DNA of 64,000 nucleotides from Takakia lepidozioides (taxonomy: Eukaryota > Plantae > Bryophyta). A program made the position numbers and the translations under genes. The stretch lies in assembly GCA_030704615.1 (NCBI GenBank), contig CM060732.1:16368001-16432000 (forward strand). The letters run 5' to 3'. Numbering within the stretch: the stretch's first letter is position 1; each line of letters starts with the position of its first letter. Shown here piece by piece: positions 10,271-22,632 of this stretch. A model generated the notes under the pieces. That model was not told the DNA's origin and searched no databases. It was given only the letters and a program-made list of their open reading frames with translations.

Positions 10271-11718
10271 TCTGAACTACTCTCTCTCATCTTGCCTTGT
10301 GAGATCAAAGTCTCAATTTGTCCTTGTACCTCGTTTTCCTCCCACTCTGATAGGTGGCTGGGACGACTTCTGCAAGGGGGAAAGCCTTGAGTATCAATTG
10401 TATGTTCCACCTCACTGCAATATCCTAAGTCAGCCTTGCTAAGAGCAAAACATTCCTGATTTGCTTTTAGCTCTTGCTCCAGCTCTTTCTTTTGTTCTGG
10501 AGCGAGCTCTGGGTTGATGTGTAGTCTGGATTTCAGACTTCTCCAACGACTCTCCATTTCTTCCTCTTGACTGGGTTCTAAACTCTTTCCCTCCACCTGG
10601 CTTACAGAGTTAGCTACTCTCTGTCTTTCCTCCTGTGTGACAACCTGATTCCAATCATGGAAATCATCCTCTATTTCTACGTTGTTGTTCCCTAGTTCTC
10701 CATCCCAAGCCTTCTGGTGAGCTTCCTGAATTATAGCGGCAGCCATGCTACATTGGGTCTCTTCCTGAAGGAGTTCAGACATCCCTTGGTCTTTGAACAG
10801 GTCCTCCCCTAGGCTGACATCATCTATTATCTCCTCAACATCCTTCAGTACTGTATCTACCTCCTCACTCTCTTCAGAACCTCCCATCTCCTCATCCTTA
10901 TCAGATTTAGAGGTGTCAGAACCTGAGGATCCTTCCTCCGTGTCCTCATACTCTTCCTCTGGCTTTCTTTCTTTCTCCCACAAGCCTAGGTACTGCTCAT
11001 CTGACGTCAGGGTTAAGACATTACCTGCTGACGTACTGCCTGCATACCGCACTCTGCTCTCGACCCCTCTATGGCAGGCTGTTCTGGTAACTGCAGGCTC
11101 ATTATAATTTATGGTGTGCAAAGGGAAGTGAGCAAAATCCTTTCTTGGCCCATAGCGCACACGAATTGTTTCAGCTTCAGTGTCAACTACAGCACCAAAC
11201 TTTTTGAGAAAGTCTAATCCCAGCAGCATGTGATATGTATCCGTGTTCACCACCATAAAGGACAAATGATTGGTCAGCTCTCCTACTTTGACCTTGATGT
11301 CCTCAAGTCTGCCCATTGCAGTCTCAAGAGCACCAGAGGCTACTCTGTAATTTACATCCTTACTAGTAATGACAGATCCCATCAGACCAAGATCCCTTAC
11401 AGTACTCGCGGATATTACTGAGAGCATGGCACCTGTGTCAATCTGGCCTAATACTTGGTAATCTCCCATTGTAATCATCACATGAAGTGCCTTTACTTTA
11501 CCAGTATAAGCATATGAGATTGTGGGTTCAGCGTGTGCTGAGTACAAAGGTCTTGGTACATCCCTCACAACTTCTACACTGTGAGTTGTCTCCCTTTGTT
11601 GTACCATTGCCCTTTCCACCACTTTGACCAGCCCTTTCAATTTGTCTAGCTCTCCGGGCACAGTCATGATTAGGTCCATGGGAGACAACGAGATTCTCCC
11701 TTTGTAGAAGTGGTTCAA
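10198..11718 (-). CDS. Aspartic protease, acidic linker and RT start of element B
   Basis: QIDTGAMLSVI and HMLLGLDFL motifs. Confidence 0.88.
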   Translation of the reverse strand: MNHFYKGRISLSPMDLIMTVPGELDKLKGLVKVVERAMVQQRETTHSVEVVRDVPRPLYSAHAEPTISYAYTGKVKALHVMITMGDYQVLGQIDTGAMLSVISASTVRDLGLMGSVITSKDVNYRVASGALETAMGRLEDIKVKVGELTNHLSFMVVNTDTYHMLLGLDFLKKFGAVVDTEAETIRVRYGPRKDFAHFPLHTINYNEPAVTRTACHRGVESRVRYAGSTSAGNVLTLTSDEQYLGLWEKERKPEEEYEDTEEGSSGSDTSKSDKDEEMGGSEESEEVDTVLKDVEEIIDDVSLGEDLFKDQGMSELLQEETQCSMAAAIIQEAHQKAWDGELGNNNVEIEDDFHDWNQVVTQEERQRVANSVSQVEGKSLEPSQEEEMESRWRSLKSRLHINPELAPEQKKELEQELKANQECFALSKADLGYCSEVEHTIDTQGFPPCRSRPSHLSEWEENEVQGQIETLISQGKMRESSSEWSCPVTLPPKKKDPSGFVVILGQ

Positions 11719-11741
11719 GATTCTGGATTTCGTACCTCCTT

Positions 11742-12868
11742 CTATGGCAGTCTTGAAATTGTTCTTTGGGTAGATTTCACTCTTGGTCCTGCTTGGTGTT
11801 CACTGCTCTCACCATTCCTTTCTGGTGACCCTGTAGGTTCAACAATCGGACTCTGGACAGGGATACGTGTCCTTGGAAGTCTGACTTCATTGATACTATT
11901 TTGTGACATCAGATTTGTCATTTCTGCGAGTACATCATCCTCATCATCATAGAACACATCTACAAAGTTAGTTCCCGGAGTTCCCATCATAGTTTGGTCG
12001 AGTTTTCTACTGCACTCACTCTCTGTATGCCCGAGTAGCTTGCAAAAGTTGCATCTCACACCACACATTTCCGTGGAATGCCCGAACCGGTGACATTTGT
12101 CACACTTAGCTGGGGTTCTTCCTTCAGGACAATATGCAGCTATGTGACCTTCTTTGTGACAAACATTACAAAGGCGAACACGAGGTGGTGTTCTAGATCC
12201 CGAGCTTTCTCCTATGACTGGTCCCCTATCAAAGTACTTCTGTAGGGTAGTGTTCAGCTGATCAAGTCTTCTGTCCACAAGGTTGACAAACACAACTGAC
12301 TCATCTGTATCATCTCCTTCCAATGGCTCTAGAGGTATTTCCCCTAACTTTCCCAGGCCCTTTCAATCTCAATGGCTGTGTCAAGTGCTTCCTCTACATC
12401 AAGGAAGCGCCTGCCCAGCATTACTCTTGCTGTTTCTGGTCTCAAACCCCCTGCAAATCTACGCCTCTGTTCCAAATCAGACGCCCCACTTCTTATAAAT
12501 AACCGGTTCAACCTATCGAAGTACGTTTGAACCCTTTGTCTACTCTCTTGTTTGATGGTATCCATCCTTAACCTGATTTCTGCCAAGTCAATGACACCAA
12601 ACTTGGCTGATATGGCTGCCCTGAAATCTTCCCAGTTGTCTGGCCTAGGGTTTTGTTTACGGTACCATTCATCAGCCTTGGCTCTCAGGTTGAGCCTTGC
12701 TACTTTGAAGGTTTTATCCTCATTTAAATCCTTGACATCTGCCTCCATCTGAATCCTTTCCAGCCAGTCATTCACATCCTCACTATTCCTACCATGATAA
12801 GGCACGTCTATGCTAGTTGGACTGGTCATTCTTCTATACTCTAGTCGAAGTTCAAACTGTTTCAACAC
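11742..12868 (-). CDS. Gag of element B (two in-frame ORFs split by a stop)
   Basis: Gag core (YHGRNSEDVNDWL...W..F) and three CX2CX4HX4C knuckles. Confidence 0.87.
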
Positions 12869-13268
12869 CTAATTCTGACTCTAATTTTCCTGCAACTCCC
12901 TTAATGCTGACCTCTATACCACTCCCACTGTCCATTTCGCAACATCTCTACTCTACCTCCCCATGTCAACTCTCATGCCATGGTATTTATCTTCTCCCAC
13001 CTTCCTAACTCTCTTATCCAAAGTGCTATGGTTGTTCTTCCACCAGCATGTATTACTCTAAGACATAAATCACCATTAGCTATTCTCCAAGCAGGGTTGA
13101 AGAAGTACAAACAAGGGTCTGCGTGGGCATTTGGGGTGTGTCTGCTGAAGCAAATCAGCACATCTCCAATGCTTGGTTCATCAGGAATCAGTGTGTGGTC
13201 TCTGCCTGCCATCAAACCATCCAATACTAGTCAAGATCCCTAGCTAGTAGAAATCAAGATTTAACGAA

Positions 13269-13280
13269 GCTCTGATACCA
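13269..13280 (-). promoter_or_regulatory. Primer-binding site, tRNA-iMet
   Basis: TGGTATCAGAGC on the minus strand, directly abutting the 5' LTR. Confidence 0.93.
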
Positions 13281-15435
13281 AAAGAAGGGGCGTGAATCCC
13301 CTTCTGTGCAATTCTAATTGTGCTCCTCCCCAGTTTTTGAAGCGGAGCAAAAGAAAGGAACTCTCTTCCAGTGATCCAACCATCGTCACTCGGTTGTGGG
13401 TTTCCCTCAAGTCCTTCATGATCAGAGTTTACACAATCCTCATCCACGCCGCAGCGGAAGAGAAGACATGGATGGGGAGTCTGTATTGTTCTCACCCTTG
13501 GTTCTATTTTTACACGACATCCTTTCCCTGGGGTACAGCACCAGCCATGCTACCATGTTGTCTTCAGTGATGCAACCAGCCCTACGTCAGTGATGAACAC
13601 TGCCCTTGTGGGCAGCTCCCTTGGACAATAACACGTGGAAGCCCCTTTTTGTAATAAGATCACGATTTAGAAGGAGGCAACTCAGATCTGCCATGAACTA
13701 CAGGCCCACCGGTTTGGCTCTTCATGGGTTCATGCTTTCTTTATCTTACCTCCCCAATCTTCATCCCTCGTCAACCCCTCTTGCTGGTCAGCTCTCTCCC
13801 TTTGTCCTTTTTTTCTCTCTCTCTCTCTCTCTTTCTTTCTTTCAGGGTCTGCAGATTCCTCACTTTTTCACAATAGCATGTCTAAGATGCAATGCAATGC
13901 GCATTCAGCCAGGCATCCAGTGTACCCAGCATTGAAATCAACCTTGGTCACACAAGACATAATCAGCCCCTTTATCAGTTCCTCTCTTGCCAATGACAGA
14001 TGCTTCACACTCCCCTTTTCCCAGGTGTAGCCATTTGCCCAAGACAGTTCTCAACCCGTCTACAGGTCTCAATTTACACAACCTGACAGCTCTCTTTTTC
14101 CCATCAACTGTGAACCTCAGTTGTTCACATGCTGAGAGCACTCTGAGAATCAGATCCAAACCCCAAACAATGTTGGTTTTTCTGCCCCATCCACATCATC
14201 CCTTCTGCTCTTTCCAAACAGTTCTATCTAACCTTCACTGGTTTCCTCTACCTACTAAGCTAGTTCCACATTGGCTGCAATGTGTCAACATCCAAGGCCA
14301 CATTGTTTTCACAGGCTCATGACACTGAAACAAAGAACAAGAATACAACAAACAGCAACCATTCTGACCCAGCAATGAGTTAACCCTGTCCCCACTCATT
14401 TCTCCTACTGTGCAATGTAACAGCAGGTGCATCCATTTCCAGCCTATCCTGGTTTGAAGTCCAGTGTCCTCATTCCATTTCCCAAAGCTCTTTTCTTCCT
14501 CACATATCTGTGTCTCTTTCTACATACAAGAGATAGTCCAAAACTTCACAAAGCGATTTCTAAGTCACCCAAAAAGGAAGCCAACACTCTTCGAACTTAT
14601 CTGTCTTATACTCCAGTGAAGCGGTGGGTCTGCCTGTCAAGATGGCACCTCATCAACTCTGTCATCAGCCACATTCAACGCTTCTTCTTATCGTGATTCC
14701 AGTCCTCATTATGTCATGACGGCTCTGCTTCATCTGCTGGCAACATCCTTGTGCCTGCCAACCTCTACCCTATCCTTCTACATGTGCACTTCTTCCCTAA
14801 GAATTGATCTGGTCCTACAGCAATAAGACAGAAAACAGCTACAAGTCTTAATTACAGATACCCTGAAGCTCTATACACACCAGCCTGCACTTCTCATGCC
14901 CCAACAGCTGTTGAGCCGCTCCATCTCCTCATAACTGTGCTCTTCAAGACAATGGGGGCAGCGGTGGTGCACCGCTCTCATCACATGCTCAGCCTTCAGA
15001 ATTGATCATTACTACGAAGACGGCGGCACCGCTTCCTCTTGCACAGAATGCCAAGCAAGAGCCTTTAACGTTGCTCTTTAAAGCAAGCTGATTCCCCTTG
15101 CGCAGGTGGAACTTTCTAAGACATACTGTGCTGCCAACACCACTGCAGCAGCTCCGAAAAGTTGCCCGCACTCTTCCCCTTCGTTTTTCACAGCCCGAGC
15201 TTCTAGGTATAAACATCATCGATGAAAATCATTCATCCTAGGGATGAAAAAGGCGCATGTCATAACTTAGCCATATTTTGTCCTGGCAGAGCAATAGCAT
15301 AGTGTTCCCATGGAATTACCTGTAGTCATGGATAATTCCTTCCCCTCATTAGCACCAGGGCACTCCCTTCGTAGTAATGCCAAATCCTGATGCCAAACAA
15401 AAATTTGAATGTTTACCCCCTGCATTCACACTACA
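13281..15435 (-). repeat. 5' LTR of element B (lacks the terminal CACA(C/G)TACA)
   Basis: Starts TGTAGTGTGAATGCA and ends CCCCTTCTTT, immediately followed by the PBS. Confidence 0.95.
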
Positions 15436-16079
15436 ACCTGTTGCGGCTTATGGTTTGGAATACTAGGTTCCTAACATAGCCTACAGCCTGCACCTGCATC
15501 CACCGCAAGCACTCCTATGGTTGGCTGGTCATCACCTCCAACCTCACCACAGGAGAAACAATGATGGTCTGACTGGTCATCACCCCAGCCTCACCATCGA
15601 CAGCATGCTCTAGAACTGGCCGGTGGTCAAATCCGGACCAATCATCTATAAAAACAAGCGCCCACACAAAACTAACATGGCGCACAGTCAAGCATGCAGG
15701 TATGGAGGGGATCCAAACACAAGAAATCAGAATGACAACTCCCCCACACCAAAAACAACTCCACGGTGTTGCTCCTGCAAGGACACCCCAGCCCAAACCC
15801 GGACTGACTCTTGCCTCCACCTACAGAAAGGTCTTGGCCTAATGAGAAGGTGGAAAAACTACGAGGAAGAGAAGCTAAACCAATGCCTAACCCCAGCATG
15901 CCCTCATCCCAACACTCTTCCTCTCCTCTCTTCTCTCACTTGCATGACCATGGGAATATCATGAAGATTTTCCTCAAACCGCCCTCCACGAGCTTCGACA
16001 TTTGGCCTTCAAGACCACATGCCAGTCCTCAGGCAGTCCACCAGTGCCTCCACGAGTCAGCATAGGCCGTCCACAAGTC

Positions 16080-16440
16080 AACACAGGCCCACACAGATCA
16101 CTGGTCACAGCCGTCACAGCCCCACACAGGCCACAGCCCGTCACAGCCCGTCACAGCCCCAAAAGCCACAGGTCACAGGGTCACAGCCCCACAGGCCACA
16201 GCCTGTCACAGCCCCTCACAGCCCATCACAGCCTGTCACAGTCCATCACAGTCTGTCACAGCCCTACACAGGTCACAAGGGTCATAGCCCCAAAGGCCAC
16301 AGCCTGTCACAGCCCCTCACAGCCCATCACAACCCGTCACAGCCCCACAGGCCACCTATCACAGCCCATCACAGCCCTATACAGGTCACAGGATCACGGC
16401 CCTACATGCCACAGCCCGCCACAGCCCGTCACAGCCCCAT
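16080..16440. repeat. Degenerate (G)TCACAGCC(C) minisatellite
   Basis: Dozens of CACAG(C/G) units visible. Confidence 0.9.
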
Positions 16441-16854
16441 CCATGGCCACTCATGGCAGTTTAGCCATTTCTCCAAGGGGTTTAGCCACGCCAAGCTAGG
16501 GTTTGTGTCTCTTGGACTCTAGGCTTCTTGGCACCGAGCTATGGCGGCTGTGAAGAAATCAGCAAGGTATTCTTGCTCTTTCGGCTCCCACACACCACCA
16601 AAAGTAGCCCTAAGCCATGAGGAAGATGGTTGCCACAAACCAAGCCTTCTTTCTCACTTAGACTCCCCAAACACGCCACTAAACTCAATGGCAAACAACC
16701 AAGCCTTGCTGGTTTCCAGCCCTTGTGAGCACTCATTCAAGCATTTTCCTTGGCCATAGCATCTGTCTTAGAGCCTATTCCGCCCCCTACAAGTGCTTTT
16801 CTTTCACCCAAGTGGGAACCAGCCCTAGCCCTTCCATTCTAGCTCTCTAAAACT

Positions 16855-17185
16855 TGAAAATAAAAGCCCAATGGACTGAAGGCATGCTCCACACATGCCC
16901 CACTCTCACCACAAGAGAATCAGCCCCTTTGCTTCCTTTCTTGCACCCACCAACCTGAAAATACAAGCTTCAGCGGGCTGGAAGCATGCTCCACACATGC
17001 CCTACAGGGAAACCAGTCCTTTCTTTCCTTCCTTGCACTCCCAAACCTGAAAGTACAAGCCTTCAACAGGCTGAAAGCATGCTCCACACATGCATTGCCC
17101 TCACATAAGGGAAGTCAGCCCTTCCCTCTTCCTTGCTTGCCAGCTTCAATGAGCTGAATACATGCTCCACACATGCAACCTCTTC
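16855..17185. repeat. Four ~90-100 bp degenerate tandem repeats with core GCATGCTCCACACATGC
   Basis: Core at about 16882, 16984, 17077 and 17161. Confidence 0.8.
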
Positions 17186-18799
17186 ATACAGGAGGTACCA
17201 GCCCCCTATCTTGGCTCCTTGGCTCCTTGATGCTCTCTAAGACAAGACTAAGCACTCCACAGCCTTTGCCAAGCTCCTGAAACCCTAAGGCTTACATTTC
17301 CAGCCACAAGACACTCCTCTTGTGGTGCAAGGGCTCTTCTTCCAAGCTCTGAAACCCTAGGTGCACATTCCATGGCCTTGCTGTACCTCTTAGCTCATGT
17401 TCCAGCCCTGCTCTTGCCATGACAAGAGCCCTTTCAATGCTGAAGCTCGAGATTGAAACCCAATCTCAACATACTCCACAAAGTGCACTGATTTGCCCCA
17501 AGCCAAACCAGCCCTTTTGCTTGGTCTTGCAATCCTTCAAACAATGAAAGCTCGCATTCCCAAGTCCAGTTCTCAGCTTTGCCACCAAAGCCACTCTAAC
17601 CTGCTCTTGACTGGTCATCTTCCCAATTGTGCTTGCTCATGCATGTACACAATCTGAAACCATCAAGGTGCTCTGGAATTACCTGCAGCATGGTGCTTTC
17701 ATCTCTGAAGCTGAAGATCAAATGCCAAGGTCTACCACCTCGTAACCCACATCGCCTCCGCTTCTAACAACCAAGGGCTCCACGGTGCTCCTTGCATAAC
17801 AATCTGGTTTCTCTCATCCTCAAGCAAAAACCACAAGTGCTACAACTAACTCGTATCTGGCACTCACAGATATGAGCTGATCTTTCTCGAGTGAAGAAGA
17901 ATACAAGCACAAGCTCATGCGAGCTCACAAAGCTGAAGCATAAACTCATGCATATATAACCTCATCACTCAAATACAAGTCAAGCCAAGTGCACCCCACG
18001 CTATGGGGAATCCACACTACGGTGCCATAGCTAGGCGCGGTGAGGCTCAACTTGAGAAAGATGAGCCTCCCGCGCTTGCCGTGAAGATAACCACTCCAGG
18101 GCCTAAATCTGCCTTGATCCCTAGATTGACACTTGGACCAATCCCAAATGTCAATATGTAAAAGCTAGCTATTTCCTAGCTAGTTTCACACTAGTGGTAA
18201 AATAACTTGACAGAGAAGTCCATGTTGCAAGAGTATAAATGTTCCAGGATGAGTGATCGGGTGCGGTGTGTCGTGGTCGACGTCCATGGCCCCATCCCCT
18301 GCAGGAGGGCCCGGGCTGGCAGGGCTCCCCCTCGTCCTGATGAGTAGTCTGCTCCCCCTCGTCCTCATGACTATTCTGCTCCCCCACATGTGCGTGTCTT
18401 CGCTGTTTTCCGGACTGGCCCCCCTGACTTTGAGACCGACCCCCCCCCATGTCCGCTCCCCCCCATTTGTGCTGCTGGTTGCTCACGGCTGTAGGGATAC
18501 TTTTTCTTTGGCTTTCTACTCCAAGTGACAGCGAGTTCAGGCCGCACTTTGGCTTGTCTCTAACGGGTGGAGGGTAAAGTAGTAACAATCTTAACCTTTT
18601 TTGCCCCCTTCTTTGGTTTGGTGCATTCAAAATCGGTGTCGGACCCACAACGGCTAGTCCTCTTCGGGGGTTTGCTATTCTATCAGCTATCAGCCATCAG
18701 TCATCAGTCATCAGTGTGACGTGGATGCACAAACGGCGGCCACATGGCAATATAATATTTTTCTCGGGCTGCCCGTAATTGTATGCTTGGATTTGTGAG

Positions 18800-19060
18800 A
18801 AACAATAATGAAAAATGACATGGGATTGTACTGACATGCCACCTTTGGCTACCGAAGGTGGAGGCTGAGCGGGAGAACATAAAGGCAAAAACGAAATAAA
18901 TGGATGTCGAAAAAAAATAAAAATAAAAATAAAACCAACATTGTACTGACATGCACCTTTGGCTGCCGAAGGTGGAGGCTGAGCGGGAGAACATAAAGGT
19001 AAAAATGAAATAAATGGATGTTGGGTGAAAAAAAAAAAAAAAAAAAAAAAAAAAACCAAC
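18800..19060. repeat. ~113-bp direct duplication followed by an A-tract
   Basis: TTGTACTGACATG..CCGAAGGTGGAGGCTGAGCGGGAGAACATAAAGG occurs twice; long A run at 19028-19055. Confidence 0.8.
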
Positions 19061-19287
19061 ATGAGATATGGACTTCTAACGTGGAAGAATTCTGCACGAA
19101 CGTAGAAGAATTCTGCATGTTTTTTAGCCGTTTTAATCTCTAGCTTGGATTATCGTATGCTATGGAAATGTCCAATGATGCTGGTGAAAAATATATATAT
19201 TTGTTGGACCTAAGTTGAACGAAGGTAGCTCTTCTGTCATTGTATAAGGTACTTTTCGCTTTTTGGAAAGTGATCTTTTATTCAATT

Positions 19288-19912
19288 TCAAACTCTAAAA
19301 TTTATTTTTTTCCGGGCAGGTTTGTTGGGCAGATGGAAATGTTCTTGTTCACCTTCGTTGACCTTCGTCACTGATGGAATTGCATTGGCAACTGACAGAA
19401 TAGGAGCTCTCGTCCTCTTCGCAGGGCCAGCGACTTGTGAAGCTGCAGGCGCATCAGGCTTCCGTTTTCTTGCCCCTTTGGGCTGCTGTTGCCGATCAGT
19501 AGGGGACATGTTGTCTCCTGGTACGCGCCGCGCTTCGGGGTTTGTACACCCTCTCAACCTCTCCACAAAATGAGTAACTTGCTTCGGGAACTCGGCAGCG
19601 GGCCAGGGTTTAGTGGCAACTCAACCTCGTCCCAACCATCCACCATGTTCAACCAAGGACAACCCTCCCCATCAATGACATGCCTATTCAACCTAACCTT
19701 ATCCTTCATGGGCTGCCCACAAAACTTGCACTTATAGGGATTCATTTGTTTCGCGCCATCACGAACTCTGAGGTCCGCCTCGCCTCCACTATCATCTCCT
19801 CCCACTCAGTTGGCGTATACCAGAAAGAAACCTCATCCCCTTTCTTAGGCTTGTGCCAAAAAACCAGCATACCATCCTCCGGGGGAACAACCTTAGGCCT
19901 AGTCTTCGCCAT
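19288..19912 (-). pseudogene. Frameshifted small gene with a zinc-finger-like motif and basic NLS-like tail (probably TE cargo)
   Basis: Three overlapping ORFs: MAKTRPK..., PYKCKFCGQPMKDKVRLNRH..C, ..ARKRKP..AKRTR. Confidence 0.45.
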
Positions 19913-22489
19913 CGGCAACGAGCACACAACGCCGAAATACACAAAAGAAAAAGCAAGGAACAGAAGCCAGAGAAAACAAGGAAGAGCACACGGATTGCAA
20001 TGAACAAAAGGAAAACACAATGCATAGACAACAAAGAGGATATGAGTAGAGCAGCTGAAAACAAACAACGAAGAGCCGCCACCGAAGAGTCACTTCGCGA
20101 GGAAGGCATTCCGCACGTGCAGAGAACCTAGGGGGCCGAGCACGTGGGGGAGCAGGGGATCAGTCGATGGACACGTGGTGACAGCACCACACGGGGGATG
20201 ACTGATGTCGATATGTGGGGAGATCTGGGCAGTCATAAGGGGGAGCAGGCATGGGGAGATGTGAAGGGGGAGCAAACCCCTAGGCAATGCTAGAACATGG
20301 GGATCAAAGTAGGGGGACTAGACACGTGGGGGGATGTTATTAGAGGGGAGCAGGGATATGCGGAGAGAACTGGATGTGACATGCATGGCGATTCTGTGGT
20401 CAGGGGGGTGACACGTGGGCAGCAAAGACAGGGGGAGCGGCGGGGGGGACCACACAGTGGGGGAGCAGAAACTCGTGAGGGATTGGATGTTTGGGGATTT
20501 TGCAAGTGAGGGATTGAGGGAGGGAGGCAACTCATGAGAGGAAGCACTAGAAGCATTCGTGTCATTTACCACTGGGGTAACGACTCATTTTGAGTCGTAA
20601 AAGTCAAAAAACTGGGATCGACTGGAAGTTACAACAGACTAGTTACAACAGACGTGGTAGTTGGGTTGGACATCCAATGATTGGAGTGGTAAAGGACGCA
20701 GACGCGTGAACAACTGCTCAGCAATTAATGCGATTAATGCTGAAGAACCACGTGGCGTAACCAGGCGGGCCGCCCGTGTGTCTGACCTTTTGGGCTGACT
20801 TTGACTTTTCCCTCCGGATGAGTGGACCGACTCACTGAAGCGCGGTGACACATGGACGCGGACGTGGACGACGATGTGGATGCCGACGTGGCGGCGCCAC
20901 GACGAGCACCACTGTTGCCACGTGGCCACGGGCCCGGGGCGCCACGTGGTAGTAGACCACATAACTTGCAGTGCTACATGCCCAGTGGCAATTGCGACTG
21001 CGGAAGTTTTCGCAACCACTGCTTTACTACTTTACATGAAGTGCTCGAAAGTACTTGAACAATCATTCACAGTGATTCATGCTTTGGAGTTTTGGTGTTT
21101 GTAGTGAGTCGACTAGTAATGCCATACAATAGAACTAATCATGCATTAGAAATGCACAAACGATGAAAGACATGCCATGAAACAAAATGAATGAAATGAA
21201 ACAAAATGGTACTTTATTACATCTGCGGAAAGCTCAAAGAGCTTATGGGATAAAATGAAAACACAAAGTAAAAAAGCAGCCCAAAAGCTACTGCTGCTCT
21301 GGGGATTGCCTAAGGGTCAAGGCCTCGTGCAAGTCAAGCAGTTCTGATCCTCATAATGCAAGACTTCAGTGAGTTCCACGGAATAGACCATCTACCCATG
21401 GAGTTTCTTGTAGTTATTGATCCATAGGGAATCATAGGTAAATCTTTTGCTTGAAATTTGGCCCTCTAGGATGAATCTGGACCACACTCTATCCCTGCTC
21501 CTTCAGCTATCCATGCCCCTGCACAAATCATGCATTCATCCTTGCCTTGCTGCTAGTAGCTGACAATGACAACCTACATTTGTTCTAGGAAACACCCAAC
21601 TCAGCTTATCACACTAGTTCCTATGCTCAATTGCGTCTGCTACTCTCTGAAATGTAGCAGACATTCACCTTTTTGCCTCGGTTGTCCCATCATTGACTGG
21701 GGGCAGAAAAGTATTCATTCCACAGCTTCTCCTCATGTCTGTTACTTGTTTTTTGATACTTTCCTGTTGTCACATAGCAGTATCATGTCAAAGTCACTCC
21801 AAACTAGATTCACTCAACCAGTTAACTTGCATAATTCAACATAGAAATTTTGGACCAATTCTAATAAGAGGGAAAAACAGGGTGAAATGTGCTGAAGAAG
21901 ATGCCTTCATTAACAATGTCTGATTTGATCAATTGTGCCGTTGCTGCCAGTTGACCATCTACCCATGCAGGTTTCTTTTAGCTTCATAGTTAATCTGGAG
22001 CTTGAAGTCTGGCCCTCTTGGGTGAATCTGCACCCACACTCTATCCTTGCTCCTTCAACTATCCATGCATCGCACGAATCATGCATACAACCTTGCTTTG
22101 TTGCTAGCAGTTGACGATGACAGCCTAGACTTGTTCTAGGAAGCACCCAACTCAACTTATCACACTAGTTCCTACGCTCAATTGCATCTGCTACTCTCTA
22201 TAATCCAACAAACATTCACCTTCTTGCCTCGATTGTCCCACCATTGACTGGGGTCAGAAAAATATTCATTCCACAACTTCTCCTCGTCTGTGTTACCTGT
22301 TTATGATACTTTCCTGTTGTCGCATTGGCAGAATCATGTCAAAGTCACTCCAAACTATCAAAGCTTCACTCAACCAGCTAACTTGCAGAATTCAGACATG
22401 AATAATTAGGGGCTGATTCTGATAAGAGGGGAAAACAAGGTGAAATTGAAGAAGGTGCCTTCATTAGCAGTCATTACACTCTATCCTTC

Positions 22490-22632
22490 GCTCAGCCATA
22501 TTGTTGAACACTCCCTGTCCACAAGGGTATTGTTCAGAATGACATCTGCCACAATTCCAGCTTTGACGATGCAACCATGGACCTCTTTGCCCTTCCCCAG
22601 CAGGCTCGCACATGCACTACAAACGCAAACAA
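22490..22632 (-). pseudogene. PLS-class PPR fragment
   Basis: VCVCSACASLLGKGKEVHGCIVKAGIVADVILNNTLVD. Confidence 0.85.

Larger units (their letters stand above)
4531..15435 (-). mobile_element. Element B: near-intact Ty3/Gypsy LTR retrotransposon, 4-bp TSD ACCT
   Basis: Two ~2.15-kb LTRs, ACCT at 4527-4530 and 15436-15439, tRNA-Met PBS, PPT, and gag-PR-RT-RH-INT order. Confidence 0.95.
1..18190 (-). mobile_element. Element A: DNMT-carrying Ty3/Gypsy-like LTR retrotransposon (runs off the left edge; interrupted by element B at 4531-15435)
   Basis: Minus-strand order is gag (zinc knuckles), aspartic protease, C5-MTase, start of RT. The sequence resumes after B's ACCT TSD. The right boundary is tentative: the minus strand begins TGTGAAAC at 18190. 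Confidence 0.8.
15439..18190 (-). repeat. Putative 5' LTR/leader of element A
   Basis: Non-coding; TG...CA ends (TGTGAAAC...GCAACA on the minus strand); lies upstream of A's gag once B is removed. The partner LTR is outside the window. Confidence 0.45.

Noticed and set aside
16002-16522. His/Ser/Pro-rich ORFs
   Set aside because: Translation artefacts of the minisatellite.
18189-18200. CACTAGTGG as a CACTA terminus (similar string at 42762)
   Set aside because: It does not match the family TIR beyond CACTAG, and has no partner or TSD. At 18189 it overlaps the putative LTR end of element A.
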